Shown piece by piece: positions 1 to 8,918 of a stretch of 64,000 nt of DNA; within the stretch, counting starts at the first letter, position 1; the number at the start of each line of letters is the position of its first letter. Source of the stretch: Luteitalea sp. (GTDB taxonomy: Bacteria; Acidobacteriota; Vicinamibacteria; Vicinamibacterales; CAVVIG01); contig WHSN01000004.1 in the NCBI GenBank assembly GCA_009380045.1, positions 1,456-65,455 of the forward strand, given 5' to 3'. The notes under the pieces were generated by a model. The model ran no database searches, was not told the origin of the DNA, and was given only the letters and a program-made list of their open reading frames with translations. The translations under genes were made by a program, and so were the position numbers.

Positions 1-1818
1 TGAAGCCGGCCCGCGGCGACACGTTGTTGAAGTCCTTGATGTCGTTTCGATACCCCACGTTCTCGGTGAACAGCCCATTGTCGATGATGACGTCGGTTTC
101 CCCCACCAGGGGCGGGGCCATGGCGCCCAGATCGAGATCGTAGCGCGCGCCGTAATTGACCGTCAGCCTGCTCGACACCCGCCACGTGTCGCCGAACCAG
201 ACGCCCCACTGCGGACGCGGAATATCCAGGCTCCAATTCCCGCAGCCCGCCGGGTTCGGACAGTTGCCCCGTTGCTGGCCGCCTTCCTCGGCGAAAAAGG
301 CTTCGTAGAAGAGGGCCGATGCGTCCAGCCCAGTCAGATCCCACCGCGACGCGTTATTCCACGCATCAAGCGGGAAGCGGCGCTCGATGTCGGTCGGCAG
401 CGAGGCAAAGCTGATGCGGCCGCGAGCGACATTCATCCACCAGCCCGTGTGGAGATCCTTCAGGTACTCGCCGCCGAACTTGAAATCGTGTGAGCCGAGG
501 TGCCAGGTGAAGTCTGCCCGCACGGCCGGCGTGTTCTGCCAGAACTCTTCCGGATAATTGGTCCGCGCGCGACGCTGAAGCCGGGAAACTGATACTGGGG
601 CGTCAACGCCACGCCTTCGGCCGGGGTGTGGTTCCAGTGGTAGTGGAAGTAACTGAGCTTGACCTCCGACACGAGTGAGGGGCTGATAACCCGTGACCAT
701 GTCCCCGTCAGGGCCAGATTGTCAGCGCCCAGCTTGGAGGCGAACGTCGGATAGTTCGTCGAGGCAGCGCCCCCGAAGCTGAACGGATCCAGATCCTCGT
801 AGGTCGTCATCCTGGCGGATATGTGGTCCCTGGGTGAAACCTGGAAATCGCCACGCGTCATCATCCGATGGTGTTCACGCAGCGTCGGGAGGGAGAGGCT
901 CGACTGATAGAACGGCGGCTGGAGGACCACCGTGTTCGGCTGGCGCTCGTACTCATAGGTCGCGAAATAGTGAACCTTGTTGAGCAGGACCGGCCCGCCG
1001 ATCGATCCGCCGATCTGCTGGTTCGCAAACGGGAGCACGCGACCCACTACGAAGTCCTCCGCATTCAACTTGTCGTCGCGAAAGTACCCGTAAAAGGTCC
1101 CCGCCGTCTTGTTTGTGCCAGCGCGGGACACCGCCTGGACCTGTACGCCAAGCGATCGCCCCTGCGTGATGTCGAACATGTTCGTGATGATCTGGTACTC
1201 CGCGATCGCCTCGCGGCTCAAACCCGGCTGCCCGAACAGGTTCGTGCCCGCCACCTTGTTCGTAATCTGCTGTCCATCGAGGTTCAGCTGAAACTGATCG
1301 TCGCGGGCGACGCCGGGACGGTTGCTGCCGACGTCGTTCGCCGTCATCCCCTTGACGAGCATCGAGAGCTCCATCCAGTTGCGGCCCGACACCGGGAGCT
1401 CCTCCATCTGGCGACGATCGACGTTGCCGGCGATCTGGACCGATTGGGTGTCGACGAGCGGTGCTTCGCTCGTCACAGTCACGGTTTCTTCGAGCGTCGC
1501 CACCTTCAGGACGAACGGCACGCTGCGGCTCTGCCCGACGAGCAGCTCGACGTTCGGAAATATGACCGTCGTGAAACCCACCAGCTCCGCCTGGAGACGA
1601 TAGGTGCCCGACGGCAGGCTTGGCAAGCGGTACTCGCCGCGTTCGTCCGTCGACCCAACGTGCTGACGGGCTGTCGCGACATCGGTCGCCGTCACGGTCA
1701 CGCCCGGTATCGCCGCCTGAGATTCGTCCGCCACCGAACCTACGATCGCCCCTTCCTGCGCCAAGGCCAGAACCGGGAATCCGAGCAGGATGACGAGGAC
1801 TCTCACAATCTGCGCCAT
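1..1818 (-). CDS. TonB-dependent receptor with N-terminal CarboxypepD_reg-like domain; C-terminus runs off the window; reading frame broken near 561-575
   Basis: ORF 460..1818 has a signal peptide (MAQIVRVLVILLGFPVLALAQE), then GVTVTATD..DERGEYRL..GTYRL, then the plug-like NVDRRQMEELPVSGRNWMEL. Hand translation of the minus strand of 1..560 in the neighbouring frame continues as NYPEEFWQNTPAVRADFTWHLGSHDFKFGGEYLKDLH...RLTVNYGARYDLD. Paralogous to 37387..40281. Confidence 0.8.
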
Positions 1819-2099
1819 GACTATCTCCTCGAACCGACACCAATCAATAGGACGTGATCAAGACCGATACCTGACCACGACTCGCCCAGGCTATCTCGGC
1901 GTTGGGCGAGACAACATGCTGACCGCAAGCACACGTGCCCGCTTGCGTGGTGCAACAGGCAGCACGCGGACCCTACCGTCAACCGAGGAGCCAGTCAATC
2001 GGCATTGGGACAGTGCCGACTCAGTTGGGGATAGATACCGGACAATCTGGGGACCGACAGCCGCATCGACACGTCATTCCTGATACTCATGGAGGGTTC

Positions 2100-2804
2100 G
2101 TGACCTTTGATCTCCCCGTGCCGATGACTGCAACACTCACCTTTGAGGTCCTTGGGCAGCTGGTCCCACCAATCGCAGAGACGGTCCCCTATAAGGCGTC
2201 ACTCGTACCAATCAGATGGACGGGCGGCCATCTCACCACTAGTATCCAGCCGTCCCTGGTGACGGGACGTCGTCAAGAGGCGGCGAGTGGCGTTGCCTAT
2301 GAGGTTAAAGCCATGGCATTGAATCAAACGACATTGAAGGCACTCCGGAATGAGTTAGCGAGTCTGTTGACCAAACGCCGAGATATCGACGTGATGATCC
2401 ACAGCGTGCAAGCGGTGTTGTCGAGATTCGCCGATTCGTCGCGAGCGACAAATGGCACCACTACGGCTGGTGACCCGGTGTCCCGTACGTCACCGATGGT
2501 CAAACGCCATTGTGTCAAAAGGGGAGAACTTCGCCGATGCATGCTGGACATCCTCGGAAGTGCCAGTCCGCTGAGCTCCGCCAGGATCGCAAGCCAGCTC
2601 GCCGACCGCGGAATCCGAATAGGAGGCCGAACTGACCTTCGTCACCGGGTGACGAAGGAGTTGGCTCGCATGCGACACGCGGGACTATTGGATCGTCGCG
2701 CTACCGGGGAGTATCAGATTGCCACGAGGATTGCAGAGGCGAAGTTTGAGCCTGGCACCTCAGCCCCGGCGGATGGCGAATCCCTCCAGACGGGCGCCCC
2801 ATAG
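2100..2804 (+). CDS. Hypothetical protein with coiled-coil segment and C-terminal winged-helix-like region (ORFan in a lower-GC islet)
   Basis: In-frame GTG at 2100 follows GGAGGG (2091-2096). C-terminus reads RCMLDILGSASPLSSARIASQLADRGIRIGG..RVTKELARMRHAGLLDRRATGEYQI, which looks like a wHTH. Hand count gives 67/120 G+C at 2101-2220 versus 45/60 at 3001-3060. No family recognised. Confidence 0.4.
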   Translation: MTFDLPVPMTATLTFEVLGQLVPPIAETVPYKASLVPIRWTGGHLTTSIQPSLVTGRRQEAASGVAYEVKAMALNQTTLKALRNELASLLTKRRDIDVMIHSVQAVLSRFADSSRATNGTTTAGDPVSRTSPMVKRHCVKRGELRRCMLDILGSASPLSSARIASQLADRGIRIGGRTDLRHRVTKELARMRHAGLLDRRATGEYQIATRIAEAKFEPGTSAPADGESLQTGAP

Positions 2805-2824
2805 TAGGCTGATGGCGCGGAAGC

Positions 2825-3646
2825 TCAAAGGAATTGGCGGACACCGGCGAAGACGACGAGACCGGCGATGATCATCAGCGCGCCGGCCACGCGTGCGACA
2901 ACCGCGCCGGCGGGGCCAACCTTCTCGACCAGGATGAACGCCGTCAGCGCCGCTACCCAGACGAGGTTCATCACGCCGACGACAAACAGCACGCACATGA
3001 CCGCCCAGCAGCAGCCGAGACAGTACCACCCGTGACCGCCGCCCATCCGGAGCGCGCCCAGGTTGCCGTCGTGCCAGTGGGTCATCAGGAACCCCAGGGG
3101 GCTGCGGCACTGGGTCAGGCACGCGCTCTTGAAGGGCGTCAACTGGTACACGCCGGCGATCAGCAGGATCGCGCCACCAAGGCGTGGACTCGACGTCGCC
3201 ATGGCCGGTGACAGCATCGCGGCCTGATGCAACGCCGATTGCACGAGCGCGGCGCAGGCGCTGAAGCCGACCCAGACGAGGATGTAACCGAGCCCGAACA
3301 TCGACACCGCCGGCCAGACGCGGCCGTCGCCCCGCCCGCGGCGCGCTGCGCTGCATAGAAAGAGTACCTGTGCGGCGGATCCGGCCATCATCCCGACCAT
3401 CATCACCGCCCACATCGCAAACGTGAACCAGAAGTCGGCCGCGGTCCACGCCCTGTCCGTGGCCATCCCCATTTCGGCCATCATCGTGTCGTAGTCCATG
3501 GACGGCGACATCTGACGATCGAGGTGGACGAGATAGGCCCAGGCGAGACCGATCACAAGAACGAGGCAGGCCGAGATGACGATGCGGTCTCGGCGGAGCG
3601 TCGAAACCGCCGAATCGCTACGCACTCCGCCAGGCGAAGGGCGCAT
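2825..3646 (-). CDS. DUF2182 family predicted metal-binding integral membrane protein
   Basis: Multi-TM protein with FWFTFAMWAVMMVGMMAGSAAQVLFL (the W..MM.AMM pattern I associate with PF09948) and a Cys-rich TM (GWYCLGCCWAVMC). Start placed at the internal Met (MRPSPGG); it could be further downstream. Confidence 0.7.
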   Translation of the reverse strand: MRPSPGGVRSDSAVSTLRRDRIVISACLVLVIGLAWAYLVHLDRQMSPSMDYDTMMAEMGMATDRAWTAADFWFTFAMWAVMMVGMMAGSAAQVLFLCSAARRGRGDGRVWPAVSMFGLGYILVWVGFSACAALVQSALHQAAMLSPAMATSSPRLGGAILLIAGVYQLTPFKSACLTQCRSPLGFLMTHWHDGNLGALRMGGGHGWYCLGCCWAVMCVLFVVGVMNLVWVAALTAFILVEKVGPAGAVVARVAGALMIIAGLVVFAGVRQFL

Positions 3647-4241
3647 GGTGCCCGTTGTTGCCGCCCTTCGAGTCCCACGACAGACCGAGCGCATGCACGT
3701 GGCTCTTCAAGGCGTGGTAGAGCCCGAGGCGATCGTTGGCGGGATGTCCCGTGTTCTCGAGCTGCAACGGGTCGGTCGCCGCGGGATTGACGCCCATGGC
3801 GCCCTTCGCCGCCATGTCCACCAGGCTCGAGGCCGTGACGGACCAGGTGACGCCGCTTGTCGCAAAGTGGATCGGCGCCGATTCGACGCCCAGGAACGTG
3901 CCGACAAGACCCGACAACACGGACATCGGACCGCCGGCGGCGCCGCTCGCGATCGTGGCGATGGCCTCGCGCTGTTCGGCGCTCGCACGCTGGTCGGCAA
4001 TGAGGCCGACCGACCAGTTCCCCTTGCCCATCGCCTCGGGCGTCAAACCGAGGACAATGAACCCGAGACCGTCGAGCTGAAGCTTGCCGAACGTCCCATT
4101 CTCGATGTTGAACGCCATGGCAAACGTGCACGTGCCAAGGCTCGGCTCGACCGCCATCTGGCCGAGAATGCAGGGACAGACGAAATCGCAACTGCACGTT
4201 TCATAGTACTGCCCGCTGATCTGCCATGTCGGAGTGGCCAT
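3618..4241 (-). CDS. DUF1326 family protein
   Basis: N-terminus MATPTWQISGQYYETCSCDFVCPCILG matches the W..G...E.C.C...CPC signature of PF07040. Lies directly upstream of, and overlapping, the DUF2182 gene, the usual pairing. Confidence 0.8.
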   Translation of the reverse strand: MATPTWQISGQYYETCSCDFVCPCILGQMAVEPSLGTCTFAMAFNIENGTFGKLQLDGLGFIVLGLTPEAMGKGNWSVGLIADQRASAEQREAIATIASGAAGGPMSVLSGLVGTFLGVESAPIHFATSGVTWSVTASSLVDMAAKGAMGVNPAATDPLQLENTGHPANDRLGLYHALKSHVHALGLSWDSKGGNNGHHAPFAWRSA

Positions 4242-4486
4242 GCTCGCCCTCTTCTCAACTGAACGCTGAATCCTCCCGGATTCCCTTCATCCCGTACCTG
4301 ACGTCACCCTTGTACAGCGCGGCGGTGCCCGCTGAAGCGCTGTCGGCAACGATCCCCGCGTGACCGTCTCGTTCCCATGCGCCGACAGTTCGAGGCGCGG
4401 GCTTCGTGTTCGGCGCGCGCGCGACGGAGGCTGGCCAGCAGACTGGCGCCGACTCCGCAACGGACACGTTCCGCCTACCGGGCGCG

Positions 4487-6136
4487 TCAGCGCAGCGCGA
4501 ACGTGAAAAGCGAGTGGCCGGCGGCGACCGCGACGTACTGCTTGCCGTCCACCTGGTAGGTCATCGGTCCGGCCGCCGTCTCACCGCCGACGTTCACCTT
4601 CCACAACAGCGCGCCGGTGCGCGCGTCCAAGGCGTGAAAGTACCCTTCGCGGCCTCCGACAAACAGCAGATCTGTCGCCGTCGTCAGCACCCCGCTGGTC
4701 GTGACGTCGTGCATCTCGTAGCCCCACTTCTTCGTGCCGGTCTTCGGGTCGATCGCCATGACCACGCCGTGTGCGGCCCCTTCGTGCCACGTGTTCACTG
4801 GACCGCGCTGCATGCCGGGCATCGCCGGAGCGCCAGGTGGTGGCGACAAGCGGCCACCCGTGAAGTTCTGGCCTTCACGGAACTCCACCGGATCGCCCGG
4901 GTCGAAGACCTGACCGTAGTTTTCCCAGGCTGACAGGTAGAACAAATTGGTGCTCGGGCTGAACGACGGCGAATACCAGTTGGTTGCGCCGAGCGGTCCG
5001 GGATAGGTCGTCTGTCCCGCAGGCTGCGGTGTCAGGACCGGGCGGCCCTTCGGATCGAGTCCACTCGTCCAGTTGACCTCGGTGTAAGCCTTGCCGAGGA
5101 GGTACTCGCCGGTGACGCGATCGAGCACGTAGAAGAAACCGTTCCGGTTCGCGAAGTACATCAGTTTGCGCGGCGTCCCGTTCCAGTTCGCGTCCACGAG
5201 GACCGGCACCTGCGTGGAGTCGTAGTCGTACGGATCGTTGGGCGTGAACTGGAAGTGCCACTTCAGCTTGCCGGTGTCGGCGTCGAGCGCGACCACGCTG
5301 TCGGAGTAGAGGTTGTCTCCGGGCCGCTGGGCGTTGTTGAAGTCTGGCCCGGGATTGCCAATCCCCCAATATGTCAGGTTCAGCTCGGGATCGTACGTTC
5401 CGGTCGTCCAGACCGACCCGCCACCGTGCTTCCACGCGTCGCCTTTCCATGTCTCGTGTCCAGGCTCGCCGGGACCGGGGATGGTGTAGAAGCGCCACGC
5501 TTCCTTGCCGGTGGCCGCTTCGTATGCGGCGATGTATCCGCGGATGCCGAACTCGGCGCCGGCAACGCCGACGACCACCTTGTCCTTGATCACGAGCGGC
5601 GCGAGCGTCATGCCATAGGCGCTCGACGCATCGCCCACCTTCGTCTTCCAGATCGGCCGGCCGTTCTTCGCGTCGATCGCGATGAGATACGCGTCGACCG
5701 TCGCCATGAACAGCGTGTCGTCAAGGATTGCCACCCCGCGATTCACCTGGCCACGGCAGCAGAGTCGCCCGGGCGAGGCGCTGTGGTGGTACAGCCAGAA
5801 CACCTTGCCCGTGACGGCGTCGATGGCGACGACGTCGTTCGGCGCCTGAGTGACGTACATGATTCCGTCAACGACCAGCGGCGTCGCCGAGAAGCTCTGG
5901 AGCGAGTTGGCCTGGAAAATCCACTTGATCTCGAGGTTCTTCACGTTGGTCGCGTCCACCTGTCGCAACGTGCTATGCCGCTGCCCGGAGTAGCCGCCCG
6001 AGTAGGTCAGCCAATTGTGCGGTTCGTCCGCCGCGCGAACGAGGCGCGTGGACGACGACATTTGTCCGTGCAACGCGTACGGGATGGCCGCCGCGAGCAG
6101 CAGCGGCAGGATCGCGCGTTTGATCATCATCGTCAC
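4487..6136 (-). CDS. PQQ-dependent dehydrogenase, methanol/ethanol family (quinoprotein alcohol dehydrogenase), exported
   Basis: Signal peptide, vicinal Cys pair RLCCRG, repeated propeller W motifs, TPNDPYDYDSTQV active-site segment. Its GTG start overlaps the stop of the upstream cytochrome c gene (GTGA at 6133-6136); ATG alternatives at 6130 and 6127. Confidence 0.9.
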   Translation of the reverse strand: MTMMIKRAILPLLLAAAIPYALHGQMSSSTRLVRAADEPHNWLTYSGGYSGQRHSTLRQVDATNVKNLEIKWIFQANSLQSFSATPLVVDGIMYVTQAPNDVVAIDAVTGKVFWLYHHSASPGRLCCRGQVNRGVAILDDTLFMATVDAYLIAIDAKNGRPIWKTKVGDASSAYGMTLAPLVIKDKVVVGVAGAEFGIRGYIAAYEAATGKEAWRFYTIPGPGEPGHETWKGDAWKHGGGSVWTTGTYDPELNLTYWGIGNPGPDFNNAQRPGDNLYSDSVVALDADTGKLKWHFQFTPNDPYDYDSTQVPVLVDANWNGTPRKLMYFANRNGFFYVLDRVTGEYLLGKAYTEVNWTSGLDPKGRPVLTPQPAGQTTYPGPLGATNWYSPSFSPSTNLFYLSAWENYGQVFDPGDPVEFREGQNFTGGRLSPPPGAPAMPGMQRGPVNTWHEGAAHGVVMAIDPKTGTKKWGYEMHDVTTSGVLTTATDLLFVGGREGYFHALDARTGALLWKVNVGGETAAGPMTYQVDGKQYVAVAAGHSLFTFALR

Positions 6137-6894
6137 AGGCCTTTGAGTGAAAGCAGGTACGCCAACAGGTCAGCCAATTCATCAGGGGCCAGCTTATCCC
6201 CGTACGCTGGCATCGACGTGCCCTTGATGAGTCCGTAGTCGCGCAGGTTCGCCTTGACGAGCGACACCAGGCGCTCTTGTTCATCGATCAACTGAACGGT
6301 GTAGGTGTCCTCGTTCAGCCGGCGGCCGGTGATCACCTTCCCGTCCTGGGTCACGGCGCGTACCGAGCGGTTCGCCGGCCGCAGTTGGGCTTCCGGATCG
6401 ACGATCACGCGCCGGAGCGCATCGGGAGTGCGGATGGCGCCGATGTCACTGAGGTCGGGCGCGACCCGGGGGCCTTTGCCGTTGACGCGATGGCACCGGG
6501 CGCACTCACCCTTGCCTTCGAACACCACCCTCCCTCGCGCCGGATCGCCAATCAGCGTCGTCTTGGAGTCGAAGTCGCGCATGTTCCGCAGATATGCGAT
6601 CACGGCGGTGAGCTCCGGCGGCGCGAACTTGAACGACACCATGGCCGTACCTGGCACGCCGTTCGAAATCACGTTGCGCAGCTCGTTGTCGGTCGTCGAG
6701 CGTTTGAACCGGTTGGCGCGGAGGTCCACGCCGGCTACCACGTCGCCAGTGGCGCCGTGGCAGAGCGTGCACTGCTCAGCGTACAACCTCGCGCCATACT
6801 GGATATCGGCCTGAGCATATGTCTGGGCCATGAGCGAAGCCGGCGCGCCAGCGACCAGCCATCCCGCGAGAATGAGAAAGCGCCTCAGCTGCAT
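6133..6894 (-). CDS. Dihaem c-type cytochrome, probable electron acceptor of the PQQ dehydrogenase
   Basis: Two CxxCH motifs (CTLCH, CARCH). Signal peptide MQLRRFLILAGWLVAGAPASLMAQ. Overlaps the dehydrogenase start. Confidence 0.85.
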   Translation of the reverse strand: MQLRRFLILAGWLVAGAPASLMAQTYAQADIQYGARLYAEQCTLCHGATGDVVAGVDLRANRFKRSTTDNELRNVISNGVPGTAMVSFKFAPPELTAVIAYLRNMRDFDSKTTLIGDPARGRVVFEGKGECARCHRVNGKGPRVAPDLSDIGAIRTPDALRRVIVDPEAQLRPANRSVRAVTQDGKVITGRRLNEDTYTVQLIDEQERLVSLVKANLRDYGLIKGTSMPAYGDKLAPDELADLLAYLLSLKGL

Positions 6895-6956
6895 TGACCG
6901 AAGCATACAATGATCTGACCATGAGCAACACTCTGGCTCCTGCCGGCGCACCGCCG

Positions 6957-7151
6957 CAGCTCGAGGCGGTCATTCAGCCCGGCAACGCGCCGGACCTCGG
7001 CAAGCTGATGGATCTCGAGATGCTGATGATGCCGGGCGGGCGAGAGCGGACGGAAGCGGAGTTCCGGGCGCTGTTTGCCCAGACCGGCTTCTCGCTGACA
7101 CGCATCGTGCCGACGAAGTCTCCGCTCAGCATCATCGAAGCGGGGCTGGCC
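6957..7151 (+). pseudogene. C-terminal fragment of a family-2 O-methyltransferase (5'-truncated relic)
   Basis: LEAVIQPGNAPDLGKLMDLEMLMMPGGRERTEAEFRALFAQTGFSLTRIVPTKSPLSIIEA matches the last ~65 aa of SAM-dependent O-methyltransferases (DL.ML....GRERT..EF..L...AGF........SIIEA). No methyltransferase N-terminal or SAM-binding part exists upstream; the cytochrome c gene occupies that space on the other strand. Confidence 0.7.
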
Positions 7152-7504
7152 TGGCCCACTCCGCGGGAACCACTACCTGAGCTACCCGTGTGTGCTCGTT
7201 CGGCTGGCACGCGGCCGCGCCGACGCCCTACAGGATCTCGTCACCGGCGCGCACCGCTTCATCAGCGCCACGCGAGGAAGCTGGTCGCCGGCAGCCGCCG
7301 CGGACCGGCTCGGCCCTCACGCGGTCGCCGCTGAGCGACGTGGCGGACCGAGGCGCGCACGGCGGCAACGCCTCGTCCAATGGAAGAGAGTCCAATCGCC
7401 GTTTACCGGGGTCAGCGATCAGCTGTGCCGCGCGAGGGTCCCACCCACTAACGCGTTGAGGATCGCGAGGCGCATCCGAGTGGCCTGGCCTCTAGCCATT
7501 TCTC

Positions 7505-7711
7505 TCACTCGTCGCCCTTCGGCGGCTCAGGTTCTGTCACGGCCTCGGCAAACCTGCCGTGAAGTCTTGCGGAGAGCCACCCCAGTAGCAGCCCGCCGCC
7601 TACAACGGCCAACAGGGCTGCGATAAACCAGTTACCGAGGAGATACCACGTCGCGGGACTGAGTACAGCCATCACCAACCCCGCCAGGCCAACGCGGTCA
7701 GATGTTGCCAT
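7505..7711 (-). CDS. Possible small two-TM membrane protein
   Basis: MATSDRVGLAGLVMAVLSPATWYLLGNWFIAALLAVVGGGLLLGWLSARL... Only hydrophobicity supports it. Confidence 0.3.
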   Translation of the reverse strand: MATSDRVGLAGLVMAVLSPATWYLLGNWFIAALLAVVGGGLLLGWLSARLHGRFAEAVTEPEPPKGDE

Positions 7712-8210
7712 GGGTCCATACGGTAACCGGAATTTTGGTGGTGTCAAGTGTGCCCGCGGTGCGCCGGGCACGGCAATGCCGCGCCGCGCGGCGTCCACCG
7801 ACGCCTGAGTGGTCCGGATCTGCGCGAATCTTGCGCTCACCGCTCTCGCAGATCAACACGCATTCGAACGGCTCGAACCGATCGACACGCGTGCGGCGAC
7901 TATTGCGGCGCCGATTCTGAAGAACGGTCAAGAACATTCCTTCCAGCTGCCGTCCCTCCTCGGTCATCCATGTGGAAGGACCACTTCGACAGGCGGCTCG
8001 CGAATCGATTCGGCATGGCGCCAAAGAAGCGCGAGCGCATCTCTTCGATGCTGCACACAGACGCGTCGAGCCGTCGCTGGAGACTGATGCCAGGCCGCAG
8101 AGCGCCATCAGGGCCACGGTCGATGCTGACTATCCGTTCAGCAATTCTTCAGTTTTTCGCAACTCTTTTTTCGATATGATTTCACACCCGAGCAATGGCC
8201 GTCTGAGATC

Positions 8211-8915
8211 GTGTTAGAAGCCAAACACCTGAGCAAGCATTTCGGCGCGACAGCGGCGCTCGACGACGTCAACCTGCGCGTCGACCCGGGGGAGATCTAT
8301 TGCCTGCTTGGCGCCAACGGTGCGGGAAAGACGACGCTCATCAACGTGTTCCTGAACTTCCTGGATCCGACTGAAGGCGAGGCCCGCATCAACGGCCTGG
8401 ACGTCACTCAGCACGCAATCGAGACCAAGCGGCACGTGGCTTACATCCCGGAGCAGGTCATGCTGTACGGCGTGCTGTCCGGGTTGGAGAACCTTCGCTA
8501 CTTCGCGGCGTTGGCGACCGGCCGCCACGCGCCGCGGGCGCACCTGCTTGTCCTGCTGTCGGACGTCGGTCTCGACGAGGCGGCCGCGCTTCGTCGCGTG
8601 TCCACCTATTCAAAGGGGATGCGCCAGAAAGTGGGGATTGCCATCGCGATGGCAAAGCGGACGCGCGCGCTCCTGCTCGACGAGCCGACCTCCGGGCTCG
8701 ATCCCAAGGCCGCGAACGAGTTCTCACAGTTGCTTCGGCGCGCCAAAGACGATGGCGTCGCCGTCTTGACGACGACGCACGATCTATTCCACGCCAAGCA
8801 GACCGGAACGCGGATCGGCATCATGAAGCGGGGCCGTATCGTGGCGGACTTGAGCAGTGAGGCGTTGAGCCACACCGACCTGGAAGCGCTGTACCTGCAG
8901 CACATGCAAGGGTGA
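8211..8915 (+). CDS. ABC transporter ATP-binding protein
   Basis: GTG start. Walker A GANGAGKTT, signature-like YSKGMRQK, Walker B LLLDEPTSGLD. AT-rich stretch directly upstream. Confidence 0.9.
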   Translation: MLEAKHLSKHFGATAALDDVNLRVDPGEIYCLLGANGAGKTTLINVFLNFLDPTEGEARINGLDVTQHAIETKRHVAYIPEQVMLYGVLSGLENLRYFAALATGRHAPRAHLLVLLSDVGLDEAAALRRVSTYSKGMRQKVGIAIAMAKRTRALLLDEPTSGLDPKAANEFSQLLRRAKDDGVAVLTTTHDLFHAKQTGTRIGIMKRGRIVADLSSEALSHTDLEALYLQHMQG

Positions 8916-8918
8916 ACC

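Noticed and set aside
868-1857. Long ORFs on the opposite strand or in off-frames of real genes. Examples: 868..1857+, 5255..6238+, 13212..14411+, 19178..20410+, 24641..26455+, 27511..28884+, 32703..34175+, 38404..40227+, 47218..49065-, 56187..57263-, 61591..62886-.
   Set aside because: All are R/P/G/A/H-rich with no recognisable motifs, and they overlap genes that have clear family signatures. They are typical shadow ORFs of GC-rich DNA.
8131-8210. Fur box in the AT-rich stretch upstream of the ABC ATPase (cgatatgatttcac).
   Set aside because: Only partial resemblance to GATAATGATAATCATTATC and no dyad symmetry. The Fur consensus for this lineage is unknown to me.
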